Below, in pieces: positions 1 through 11,895 of a stretch of 64,000 bases of DNA. The notes under the pieces are model-generated. The model worked only from the letters and a program-made list of their open reading frames with translations. It did no database searches and was not told the DNA's origin. The position numbers and the translations under genes are program-made. Source of the stretch: Trichosphaerium sp. ATCC 40318 (Eukaryota; Protista; Tubulinea). The DNA lies in assembly GCA_038496445.1 (NCBI GenBank), contig JALMLS010000064.1, positions 558,001-622,000 on the forward strand. The letters run 5' to 3'. Each line of letters opens with the position of its first letter. Position 1 is the first letter of the stretch.

Positions 1-880
1 GCACTCCTCGTTCGTTAATGGTAAATGTTCGTCAAGGTATTCCTGATGATGAGGTTGATTTTTTTCCTACGCCTCATGATTCACGGGAAGAGAGATCGGT
101 ACGAAGGCTTTATATTCACTCAATTGTTTTTCATTACAGACTGTTCTTGATTGACTTCTTTTTTCAAGGGCAAAAAATATGAGACTGTTGATACAAGTGG
201 TGTTTTTGGTAATCAGTTGAATTCTCCGTTGGCTGTAGAAAATCAAGATATATATTATGGAGGAGATGACGTTATACCATTATCAACGCAAAATGGTGCG
301 CAGCGAGAGTATGGTACGATATGTTTTCCGGCGAATGGTTTAAAGAAAAAACCAAGTTAACAAAAAAACATGAATTTTAATTTTATTTCCTTAGACAATC
401 AGCAAGATAATCAGCTCTACCTCAATGACCAAGCTATTGATGCACCACTACCTTTGATAACAGGACTTCAGCCTAATAGTGGTATGTCACAAGGTTACCA
501 TAGAGAAAAAAACCTGCACAGAGCGGAAAAACATTTTTACATGTAGCAACAACTAATTTTCCTTTAGGTTACAGTGATAGTGCCAGACTGATCTTAATAA
601 GTGGCGAGAACTTTAAACCTACACATCGTATTTGTTTTGGTGGCGTTGCAGCGCAAACAGCGCTTGAATATGGCGCTAGACGATTATGGGTATGATTTAC
701 TGCACAAAAAAAACTAAACCAACATTTTGTAATGATCAAGTTCACTAACTCTCCTATTTATAGGCTGTACTACCTCGTTGTGATAAAATAGGACCTGTTA
801 GAGTTTCTCTTATTGATCCTAATGGTATAGCTCTTATAGAACCCGACGCAGAGCCAACGTTTACTTATTTACGACGATGA
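1..880 (+). CDS. IPT/TIG-domain protein, 3' part (5'-truncated by the window), multi-exon
   Basis: Spliced translation ...PLPLITGLQPNSG/YSDSARLILISGENFKPTHRICFGGVAAQ...AVLPRCDKIGPVRVSLIDPNG...PTFTYLRR* fits the IPT/TIG pattern; TGA at 878-880. Confidence 0.7.
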
Positions 881-1817
881 GAATACATTACGTGTTGATG
901 TACGTAAACGACATCGTAGAACCCTTTTATGAAATCATTATAGTGCTAAACCTTCATAGTTAACAGATATTGTCATTGCGCAATGTTTGGGGTTTTTTGT
1001 GGAATGTCTAAGAAGTTTTTGGAACAAACAGTGTTCCTTATGGCCTTGTGGTTGTTTGATATTATTGGTGATGTCCGGACGAAGAGCCCCGGTTTTTTAT
1101 TATATTAGTTTAACTCAATTTTTCTATTGTTGATTGGATTAGTAGTTTATTTATTGTATTGTGATTGTAATATAGTGTATATATGTTAGACGTTGTCTAT
1201 TGTTGAATTAAATATGAGGAGTAGGGCTCTACCTATTTTTGTTATAACTGCGCTTTGTTATGAATTCTTGTAGCACGTGATAGTGAACGACATCAAGTGT
1301 GTGAGTCCGCGGAGAACGTTATCGTATAAACTCGTGCAGGTAGCATGTGTAGCTTTTAGATTTTGCAAGTTTCTTTTTGTGAATTAAATAGCCTAGAGCC
1401 TTAAAAGAGTCCTCTCAGATGGTCTATCCTTGTTCGGGTTTTATGAACCTCCGCTGATTTAAATGAAAAAACTAACGGAACTTTTTCTCAGTTACAAGGT
1501 GACGATTGTCCTTATCTACATCTTGTGGATATGGGTTTTATTTATGACGTGATTGTTGTAATATTTATGGCGCTAGTTTTCATCGGATGTGACGAGATCA
1601 ACAAAAAAAAAAGGCGTGAGATAGCCTTGTTTAAGACTATGTCGGTGTCTCCTTACAAAGAACTTCATTTACGTAAATGCTTCGTCACAATCTCCACTTC
1701 GTAGGTGCAGTTTTCACATGAGAATGATTCAATAATAGGATAGTGATGATGCCGACAATTTCATCACAAAAAAGAATTGGAATGACATTAATTTTTTTCG
1801 TATATTTTGTTTTGTAT

Positions 1818-2858
1818 TTACATTATTAATTTTACAGTACATGGTTGAGCACCTCTTGTTGTATCTTCAACGTATGAGTGTCTTAGTTTATGTTTGTGTT
1901 GTTTTTGTACATAGTATTTTTCAGTTTTTTTACAGTTGTAGAACGGCGTTATTGCCAGGAATTTTTCGTGAGCTTCTAAAGAGAAATGAGTCAATATTTT
2001 TGTAAGGTAAAAAAAAATAACTATTGCTTTTACAACGAGATAGTTATTGTTCACTGTCGTTCATGAATGACGTACCATCAAAAAGATCGGCCGAAGGATT
2101 TTCTAATTCTTGTAGAATACGCTATGAATAAAGTCAGCAAAAAGGAGAGACGTGAAGTAGAAAGAAAAGCCAAAAAGTAAAAACCAGAAGACTTCAAAAA
2201 AAAAGAGAAATGAGAGAAGCGTACATAGTGCATGTCCTCAGATATATACAAAGGTTGAGGAGCAGTGTCATCGTTTAAATACATGTTATAAATACGAACG
2301 GAGCTCTTTTTTCTTTGTTCGAGTCCGGATAACTCTCGGTAAAGCTCTGAAAATGTTGTTAGTTGAGGTTACTTTAAACATACAAAACCGTCAAAGCATC
2401 TTCAAACGTACCAACTTCAGAGAGAAATTCACATCTATTAGGCCAATCTACATATTCGTCTCTAACGTCTTGGCTTGCGTCTTCATTGGGATTTGTTAAA
2501 GGGTCGAAGCTTGCGCTACTTTGGCTCATACTACAGTTTTTTAATGGTGATCCCACAATTGGAACTTTTTTTTTTTGTTTTTTGATTCACCCGGATTACT
2601 TTGGGTTTACCTTTTAGTTGATGACTTGTCTGGTGGTATATATGTTATTTCTGAACGTGATTTTTTATAAAACATGCGCGGTTGGCTATGTTTCTTTCGT
2701 CTCGGAGATAAAATACCTTTCTTTCGCCAGCCTGTAGAACCGGGTTAATACGTCTTTGTGAAAAAAAAGGATTGAAGACCAACGTTTTCAAAACGTTGGA
2801 ATTACGTTTTCTTTGTCTAAAGAGGTGACATACGTTTCAAGCGGCAGAAAAGGTCCAT
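1818..2858 (-). CDS. RGS (regulator of G-protein signalling) domain protein, multi-exon
   Basis: Exons give LYRELSGLEQRKKSSVRIYNMYLNDDTAPQPLYISED...RILQELENPSADLFD/EAHEKFL, matching the RGS IY..Y...AP..+.I and P...LFD.A motifs. Probable ATG at 2858 (MDLFCRLK). Confidence 0.7.
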
Positions 2859-3696
2859 GAGATGCGTTTTAGTAAAGGGAGTGTGAGTTATTATTGTCTT
2901 AGACTTGCGCTTAAGATGTGGCTAAGCAGCCTGTTGTGTGCACTGTTTAGGACTATATTACTGCACTAAAAATCTAATAAAGCAGGACATGTCTTGTAGC
3001 CGGAGACTTGTGCATTTTGAACTCCTGCACCTGTTTTGAGAGAAACAATAACAGACGGATCTATTTTTTTAAGAGTGTAGTTTTAAGAGACTAACTTCCT
3101 GCAATTATTTCACAATCACGTTTAGTTTGTTGGTCACTTTTGTATCACGACAATATTGGTCTTAACCAACCAGAAACGATTATGTCGTTACAATATAGGA
3201 CGGATGGTTGGTTATGTCGTTAAACAAGTATTACTGCGAAGGAATGAAGGGAGATTTGTTTATTCGAGCAATTTTATTTAGTGCTAGCAACTTGACACAC
3301 TGCTTGAATTTTACAATTATCACGTGATAAATAAACTAAGCAATGATACGTTAAATCGATATCACAGTTTACTTTTTTGTTAACTGTTGTAACCTAACGA
3401 AGTTCTTTTTGTCTTTGTGTTAACCATATACAACATTTGCCATGCCGGAGTTCTTACAGCCAAAAACTTGTAGAATAATCCATTGGCTTGGGTCTATAGT
3501 GGCTCCGCGAACATTCTTTATAGAGTTGTTATTATAACAACATACATGCATAGGCTATTTTTAACGTTGTCCACTAGAATTCACGTGGCGTGACAAATGA
3601 CATAAGCTATAAAAACCGTTAGGCGGAACAAAAAATTAAGCGGCCTTTTTTGGTATTGTTAAGTGATATTGATGGCGCTCTTTCTTAACTATATTA

Positions 3697-3713
3697 TTCA
3701 AATTTCCCGCGCC
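3697..3713 (-). promoter_or_regulatory. CDE/CHR (DREAM/MuvB)-like element overlapping an E2F site
   Basis: Minus strand GG-CGCGG-GAAA-TTTGAA = CDE + 4-nt spacer + CHR. The plus strand has TTTCCCGC (E2F consensus) at 3703-3710, about 80 nt upstream of the ATG at 3790. Confidence 0.55.
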
Positions 3714-3789
3714 TTGCATTAAATAACAAGACAAAGCCTGTACATACACACAATACCTTTCTGTAAACTACTACATTGTCACAACAGCC

Positions 3790-6700
3790 ATGCAAGCTAC
3801 TACAAACGCTGAATCGCTCAAAATTAAGACCGCAATGGTAAGAAACCCTTTAAACATTCTAATATACTCGTGTAAATACAAACAAGGCTATTTGACGCAG
3901 TGACACGCTGTTGTTCGTTACTTCAAGTTAGCCGTTATTCTCTTTTTGCTTACAGTGCTCATATCGCATTCTTACACCTGTTGTAGGTCATTAAAAGACT
4001 AAGAGAAATAAAACAACTTTTTGTGGAGGGAAAAAATCCAGACAAATGGGAAAGCAACGTTAAAGCCTTACAAGGTACGGACATACGACGAAAGAATGTC
4101 ACCGAGGAAAAAACGGTTAAAAGTTTTTGGAATTGGAAATAAAAAGTTCTAAAACGTTTGAATAGGTATTACTGAGCTCGCCCAAACATATGATGGACAA
4201 CCACCTGCAGAACAGCTGATTAAAGTCATTAGAAAACTTTTACTTGTTTCTATCGCTAAAAACGTACAATCAAGACGTTCAACTATCGTAAAGGAGACAT
4301 GCATCGTACGTTTACATTTCTAACCGCTAAAAAACCGATTTGTTCAAAACAAAAAAACCGAAAAATCTGAACTTGTAGATTTCTTATTTGCTCTCTAGTG
4401 TATTACTGCTATTGTCACAGCCTTCAAAGAACTATCGAGCTCATTAATTGCCGTGGTATGTTACCTTATAAAGCTGTAGAGCTTCTTTAACGAATCTCGC
4501 CTCTTACTTTTTATCGTACCTTTAGCTCCTTCCTGCTATTCAAAATAACCTTATGCGCGCTAAATCAGTGTTTTACCAACCTGCTAATCAGTGTATGCTT
4601 TCTATTCTCAAGAACATACCATTCACTGCAATCGCACCTGCTATCACAAACGGTGTTGTACACAAACACCCAAAACTCCGAACTTTGTATGTTTTAACAT
4701 TTTTTTTTCTTTTTTATTTCCGATCTATCAAACGCTTTTGTTCTATTTCTGACGCAAACGTAAAGCTCCACATTGTATCTATTCTATGGCCTTCGTATGG
4801 TAGCAAAGGAAAACGTAGAAAACCTTGAGCATGTAGTTGAAGTTGAGCTTCTAGAAGACGCAATAGCGACTGCTCTCGGCGATAAAGACCCGAAAGTTCG
4901 GTATGTGTGAACCTTTTTTTTTTGAGATATTTCTTTTTATTTTTTTATGTGTTTTCTCAATCTCCTTGAAATCTAAGTTCCCTTGTATCTTGCTGACCCT
5001 TTTTATAGACAAAATGCTCGTAATTGCTTCACTACATATAAGAGCCTTGCTCCTCATCGTCTTGAGTCTCTACAACAAAAGATTTCGCCAGCAACTTGGC
5101 ATCAGGTCCGTCTTTATTTTTTGTTTCTTTTCTGGTTTTTTTTTTGGTTGTTCTTCGTTTAAAATGAGTTATGATGAAAATTTAACCCTCTAGCATAATT
5201 CTCCGTGTTGACAGAGTGCTACTGATGCTTAATTTTATCGATTTTTTTGAGTTTTCTTCTTCTGCCACCTCATTGTGAGATGATCGCTGATAGACTATTT
5301 TTAGATGAATAAACCTGAAAAACCAGCAGAACGTGAAACAATCGCTCAATTGAGGCGCAAAAAGATTGCTGAACAAAAGGCTGCATCTGCTGCTTTGTCA
5401 ACACCTAAAAAGAGTCTCACTTCTGGTAACACTAGAACACCTAGAAGGACACCTCGTAGAACACCAAGTAGAACACCAAGACGTACACTACAACAAACAC
5501 CAAGAAGGACACCTAGCAAGGCTGTTGTTAGAACACCAAACAAGTCTTCTCGCACACCTACAAGAACACCTTCACGTAATGCTCCTAACAGAACTACACC
5601 GGGCCGTAAGCCCCGAACACCTAAAAGAACTCCAAAAAGAACTCCACAAAGAAAGCCAAACGTAAGTCAAAGACGTCATCATTTTATTCAACCAATATTT
5701 ACTTTTTCTTTTAGACTGCTGTGGCTCCTGCTAGCGTAGAAGCTTCTACTACACTGCAACCTGTTATTGTACCTGTTGCTGCACCTGTTGAGCAACCTGT
5801 CGTTGTACCTGCCGCTCAACAAGGACCACTCATCGACTTTGCTGCACAATCTCCTGCACCAAAATCAACACCTCAAATACCTCCTTCAGCAGATATTGCT
5901 TCCGAGACTTTGGTTCCGCAACCTTTTGAAGTACCTCCTGTATTTGACGAGCCAACCACTGTACCACCAGTATTTGACGTCCCAAGCGTAACCGAAGAAA
6001 TCGTTGTGCCAGAAGTATTTGACGCGCCTATTACTCCATCTTGTGTCACCGAAGACTACTCTCAAATCGTCGTTCCTCCAGTCTTTGACGAACCACAACA
6101 AGCTCCTTCACCTCAAGAACCAGCTAAAGTACCTCAAGAGCCTGTAGTCGAGCCAGAAACAGTCGCACCTACACCTCAAGAGCCTGTTGTTACATACAAG
6201 GCCATCGATGAAGATTTGGCTCTCGAGATTGCTCAAGGCATTCCACTACGCAACAAGCTCGCTGACTTGCCTGTAATGAACTCACCAATATCACGTGATA
6301 TTTCAAAAGGCGTTGAGCTCAAGAGCAAGTTCGCTGGTATGCCTCGTATTGGTAGCCCAGTAGCTCGTGATATCTCTAAAGGAGTTTCCTTAAAAAGCAA
6401 GTTTGATTCTTTGCTCGTCCAACCTAAAGGTACTTAACTGATTTTTTTGTGATGAAGCAAGTTCTGTTTTTTTTTTCGCATTTTTTTCTTACTGTCTTTT
6501 TTTTTAAAGGTCTCTTGACTGAAGTCAATGCTGGTGTCGAGTTGAAGAGTAAATTTGCTGATATGAAAGTATTGGAATCACCTATTTCTCGTAATATTAA
6601 AGAAGGTGTTGAACTCAAGAGTAAGTTCGCTGAGTACCCAGTACTCGCAACACGTACGTTTTCTTCTTTCTTTCTCCTTTTTTATTAGAAATATTACTAA

Positions 6701-9700
6701 ACTGACGGCTTTATTAGCTATGAAAGCAGCTGTAAGAGATGGCGTCGAGTTGAAGAGTAAATTCGCTGATATGAAAGTATTGGGTTCTCCTATCGCTCGC
6801 GACATTTCACAAGGCGTTGAACTCAAGAGCAAGTTCGCTGACTATCCAGCACTCGCTACACGTAAGTTTTGCTCTTATTTTCTTATTATCAATTGCAAGC
6901 TACTCTTTTGACACTTTTTTAATCTAGCAATGAAAGCAGCTGTAAGAGGTGGTGTTGAGTTGAAGAGTAAATACGCTGATATGAAAGTATTGGAATCACC
7001 TGTTGCTCATAATATCAGACGAGGAGTTGAACTTAAGAGCAAGTTCGCTGGATACAAAACACAACCATCACGTAAGTTAATTTACAACGACCTTGTTCTT
7101 CACTTAAAAACTGCATTATCAAACGCTTATACTCTTGTTTTAGACCTTGTCCGTCAGTTAGCTACTGGTGTTGAGTTGAAGAGTAAATTCGCTGGATTAC
7201 CTACCCTTAATACACGTACGTACCGGTAAAGCTAATGTTCTCTTTCGTGAAGATTACATAGTCTTACTTTTTTGCTTTAGCTATGAAGAAGGCTGTGAAA
7301 GGCGGTGTTCAGTTGACAAGCAAGTTTGCTGATCTTCCTACACTTCAAACACGTACGTACTCTATCTCTGACATACTCTTTGACTCACCTTTTATTAGCA
7401 ATGAAGAAAGCTGTACAAGGCGGTGTTCAATTGAAAAGCAAATTCTCTGATTTACCTACACTTGCTACACGTACGTGCTAAACTAGTTGTAATCTTATCT
7501 GTAATATTCTTTGAGCACAATTCGTCTAATCATTCTTTGCTTAGCAATGAAGAAAGCAGTCCAAGATGGCGTCCAATTGACAAGTAAATTCGCTGATCTC
7601 CCAACCCTTCAAACACGTGAGTACTTGTATTCTGTTTTGTTTGTTGCAGAGGCGTTTGTCTGACTTTCTTTTCTAGCTATGAAACAAGCTGTTCAACAAG
7701 GTGTTCAATTGACAAGCAAGTTCGCAGGTCTTCCTACACTTGATACACGTAAGCACTAAATTCGTGTTTGTTCTGTATTGCACATCGGTCTAACTTCACC
7801 TCGTAGCAATGAAAAGAGCTGTCCAAGATGGTGTTCAATTGACCAGTAAATTCGCTGGCCTTCCAACCCTTCAAACACGTGAGTATTGTATTCCTATTTG
7901 GTTATTGTAACCTTAGTCTTACTTTCGTTTAGCAATGAAGAAAGCTGTACAAGAAGGCGTTCAATTGACGAGCAAGTTCGCTAGTCTTCCTACTCTTAAC
8001 CAAGAGCTTAAGGATAGCGTACACCAAGGCACCTCGCTTAAACCTGTTCCTGTTCAAGAGGAGCCAGTTGTTGAGCAACAAGAAACAGAAACAACACAAG
8101 ATGCTGCTGAAGAAGGTTCGTGATATATATTTTTTTTTTGCTTTCGATTTCTTTTTCTTTTGTTTCGAGGACTATTGCTGTTTCCTTTGTTCTTTTGATG
8201 AGTTAGCATACGCTTACTAATTACTAGATGCTGAACTTGTCAATTTCGCAGAGGAGCCTAAACAAGAGATGGATACTGAGGTTATTGAGTCTCAAGAAAT
8301 CGAAGAATTTTCTCCTGTCGATGAAATTGATTTTGTTCATGATGCTGTTTCTGTTGTTGATGAAACACCTGAGATGGATGAGATTGAAATGATGTCTGTT
8401 TTTGATGACGAGGACGTGGAAGGAATTGAAGATTTCATCGATGAGATCCTTGACTCTGATGATGAAGCCGAGTTGGCTGATTCTTCTCTTGATGTGAACC
8501 TTAGTGATATTGAGGACGAAGATGAGGATGTATATGCTTCTTTATACTCTGTAGATGATGTTGAAAGCGTCATTGAAGAGTTGTCTGTTGCTATCCAAGT
8601 TGTTGAAGAAGCATCAACTGAACTTGTCGAAGAAGAAGAAATCATACATGATGTTGTTGAAGACGTTACCGAAGACCTTGACACTGCTGAAGAAGTTGCC
8701 GAAGACGTTGCTGATATTACCGAAGCCCTTGTTGAAAGTGTTGTTGAAGACGTTGCTGAGGATGTTGTCGAAGACATTGTTGAAGACACTATTGAAGACG
8801 TTGTTGAAGACGCTGCTGAAGACGCTGCTGAAGACATCACCGACGAGGTTGCTGAAGACATTGCTGAAGACGTTGTTGAAGATGTTGAAGATGTCGTTGA
8901 AGATGTTATTGAAGACATTGCCGAAGACGCTGCTGAAGACAATGTCGAAGAGGTTGCTGAAGACATTGCTGAAGACGTTGCTGAAGACATTGTTGAAGAC
9001 ATTGCTGAAGACGTTGTTGAAGATGGTGTTGAAGACGCTGCTGAAGACGTTGAGGATGTTGTTGAAGACGCTGCTGAAGACGTTGTAGAGGACATTGTTG
9101 AAGTTGCTGGTGAAGAAAACGAAGAGGTTATTGTGGAACAAGACATTGCTGAAGCGATTGAAGCTACTGAGGTGGTTGAACCACAAGAAGAAGCATGTGC
9201 TGAAATCGAAGATTCTGTTGAAGATGCTAGCCCTATTCTTGACGAACCTGCAGCAGAAATCCAAGAAGCAGTTGTCTCCGAACCAGAAGAAGAACCAGAA
9301 CAAGAAATTGAAATCGAAGAAACCAGGACGATCGAACCTGAAGCTCTTGCTGAAGATACTGCTGAACATGGAGCCGAATTCGATGAGGTTGAAGAAGAAC
9401 CACAACAACAAGAAGTCATTGACGTTGAGCCAGAAGAGGAAGTAGCTGAAGATAATCCTGTCGAAGAAGACGAAGAAGCAGAAGCTTCCTCTGGAAGCGA
9501 AAGCGGATCTAGTCAAGAAAATGACGAAGAACCTGTTGAACCTGAGGTTACTCCTATACCATCAGAGGAAACTAACGATGTCGACCCTGACGTTGAAGAG
9601 AAGAACGTTGCTGAAGATGAAACAGAAGAACCTGTACGTCCTTTTTTTTTGAAGTCTTTGAAACAAAGATTTTCTGACTTGTTTTTCTAGAAACGTGTTC

Positions 9701-10164
9701 CTCGTAGACTCGTCAAGATTCGCCGTAAGAAGAAGGTAATCATCAAGCAGAAGCACTCTAGAGTTGTAGAACCTGAAGTTGCAGCACCTGTAGAACCAGA
9801 ACAACAAGAACCAGAGCCTCAACAGCAAGCTGTTGCTGAGCCTGAAGAGGTTGAAAAAGAACAAGTTGAAGAAAAAGTTGAGGAGGTAAAGCCAGCTAAA
9901 AAGACGAAGAAGAAGAGGAGAGCTATTCGTATTAAGAAGACAACAAGGAAAACACGCTCTAAAGCAGCAAAAGCCACTCCTGTTGTTGTTATTGACGATG
10001 AAGATGACAAGGAAAACGACCAAAACGCTGAAAACGAAGAAGCCAGTACCCCACCTCCTAAAAAGACTGTAACAAGACGTGTACGTGGTTCAAGAAAAGC
10101 ACCATCTGCATCTCCTATCGCTGGACGTACTAGAAGACGTAGACCTATCAACTATACCGAGTAA
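3790..10164 (+). CDS. Large CLASP-like TOG/HEAT protein with TP-rich basic region, 17 tandem WH2-like repeats, long acidic region and basic tail
   Basis: N-terminal exons (NPDKWESNVKALQGI...SRRSTIVKETCI...GVVHKHPKLR...LGDKDPKVRQNARNCF) match CLASP_N HEAT repeats. They are followed by TPRR/TPKR repeats, PPVFD repeats, GV(E/Q)L(K/T)SKF repeats and ED(V/I/A)(V/A) repeats; the protein ends ...RRRPINYTE* (TAA 10162-10164). About 20 GT-AG introns. Confidence 0.8.
6208..8048 (+). repeat. Array of 17 approximately 24-aa coding repeats, many on individual 72-nt exons
   Basis: Unit (T/S)PMKKAVQxGVQLTSKFAxLPTL; e.g. exon 7281-7352 is 72 nt. Introns recur at the same phase-1 position (ACA C|gt...ag|CA ATG). 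Confidence 0.9.
8650..9110 (+). repeat. Degenerate 12-nt coding repeat (GAAGAC-RYT-GYT) giving EDVV/EDIA/EDAA tetrapeptides
   Basis: Directly visible; it also explains the long antisense and alternative-frame ORFs here. Confidence 0.9.
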
Positions 10165-10548
10165 TTCTATGGTTTGGTTGTGTATGTAAAATCTTGTATT
10201 TCTAATTTTTTGTCTCATTGACGTCAGCACCTAAACCACCTTTTGTACATAAAAAAATAAAGTTGTTTGACCATAAAATACCAAGCCTTCACAATGCTCT
10301 CAATGTTCTCGTACGCTCCTTTAGTGCAATAAAAGGGGTGCTAGTACTCTAAACATACAACAATCTACCAGCTTACCTGTCGATGCCTAGAAGCTTTCTG
10401 ATGTCCATCAAGTTTCTTGCCTGTTGAAATGGCTTTTTAACAAAGAAAATAGCTGGTTTATAAAATGGTTGCCAAACTTGACTGAAGCGGACAATAGTTC
10501 ACAAATATCTGGATAATCTAGGATATCCCAGATATCTAAGCGCCTCTA

Positions 10549-11520
10549 ATGGGTGCAGCTCAACCTAAAGAGGAACGCGTTCTGGAACGCAGTATACTTC
10601 CGTTCGTGCCACCAGAGATACTGACAGATATTCTGCGTTATTTAAACAAAAAACAGCGTATTGAAGCTTCAGTGGTATCTCATCAATTTAATGACATCAT
10701 ACGTGGCCGTATTGGCATTTATTATTTAGAGTTAGAAGAATCATCAGATTGTCGTGTTTTAAAAGGCAGTCCATTGCTTAAAAACACTATTATTTCATTC
10801 CCAATGATTGTTACTGGCTTAATTAATGCTTCAATTTCAATATCGAAAAGCGACTTTGCTTGTCTTTATGGTGTCCACACGATAGATCTTTCATGGGTTA
10901 AGGTTGACTTTCGACCGATTGATGATGAAGCTATCCTCTTATTACTGGAAAAGACTACAAGGAACTATACTGGTTTTTTAGGTAAGAGAGAAATACCTAA
11001 GTCAGTAAAAGATGGACAACCTAAAATTGATCGTAAATGGTATGGATTGTTTTCTGATGTTTCTGAAAAACACACAATCCATACCATTATTTTTTGTAGT
11101 GCTCTTATTACAGATAAAGGTGCTAAATCATTGGCTGGCGTACACACAATAAAGTTGCGACAGTGTCCTAAAATAACAGATGAGGGTATTATGGCGTTGT
11201 CTGGTGTACACACTATAGAGTTGCATCGTTGTGCTAAAGTAACAGATGAGGGCATTATAGCATTGTCTGGCGTACACACAATAACATTGATCGACTGTAC
11301 AATAACGGATAAGGGTATTATGGCGTTGGCTGGTGTACACAGAATAAAGTTGGTCAGTTGCCATAAAATAACAGATGAGGGTATTATGGCGTTGTCTGGT
11401 GTACACACAATAGAATTGCTTCTTTGTCATGAAATAACAGCTGATGGTGTTAAGGCATTAAAAGATAAAAGAAGATTCACTCACAGTGATGAACAACTAA
11501 GGGCAGTACATAGAAATTAA
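10549..11520 (+). CDS. Intronless F-box + LRR protein (ITDEGIxALxGVHTI repeats)
   Basis: F-box LPFVPPEILTDILRYL...; five to six 22-23-aa LRRs; 323-aa uninterrupted ORF. Confidence 0.85.
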   Translation: MGAAQPKEERVLERSILPFVPPEILTDILRYLNKKQRIEASVVSHQFNDIIRGRIGIYYLELEESSDCRVLKGSPLLKNTIISFPMIVTGLINASISISKSDFACLYGVHTIDLSWVKVDFRPIDDEAILLLLEKTTRNYTGFLGKREIPKSVKDGQPKIDRKWYGLFSDVSEKHTIHTIIFCSALITDKGAKSLAGVHTIKLRQCPKITDEGIMALSGVHTIELHRCAKVTDEGIIALSGVHTITLIDCTITDKGIMALAGVHRIKLVSCHKITDEGIMALSGVHTIELLLCHEITADGVKALKDKRRFTHSDEQLRAVHRN

Positions 11521-11823
11521 CAAGCAAAATCCTTTCAAAAGAATTTTGTTCTTTTGTTCACAATAAAACTCTAGAACGGTACTTTTGTTTGTTCATTTGA
11601 TAAAATTGGACATTCTTTTTCGTATTCTCAGCAAGGTACAGATTAACAGAGGTTTGTTGCATGTAAAGCTTGCAAATAAGCTGTGTAGTTGTTAAGCAAC
11701 GCACAGTCTTAGCCCTACACAAATAGTTAAAAACTTTTCAACTTCCAGCAACAGTATACAAGACGCCATGAAGTTTATTGTGTTTTTCTTATATCACAGT
11801 ATTCATTGTCGCAGTGATGAAAT

Positions 11824-11895
11824 GTCTCCGTGGTATATTGGAAGTACGTTCGACTGCAGATCGAAAGGTAGGGGGTTCGATTCCCCCCGGATTCA
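11824..11895 (+). tRNA. tRNA-Cys(GCA)-like gene with a mismatched acceptor stem
   Basis: D arm GTAT/GTAC, anticodon arm TTCGA-CTGCAGA-TCGAA, T arm GGGGG-TTCGATT-CCCCC, followed by TATTTT. Acceptor GTCTCCG/CGGATTC has mismatches at 2:71 and 3:70. Confidence 0.8.

Noticed and set aside
6500-8010. Repeat-spacer pattern resembling a CRISPR array
   Set aside because: The repeats are in-frame coding exons and the spacers are GT-AG introns; eukaryotic context and no cas genes.
8337-9516. Long antisense and alternative-frame ORFs (360, 300 and 177 aa)
   Set aside because: Shadows of the stop-poor acidic 12-nt coding repeat.
10965-11430. Antisense ORFs over the F-box-LRR gene
   Set aside because: Shadows of the LRR coding repeats.
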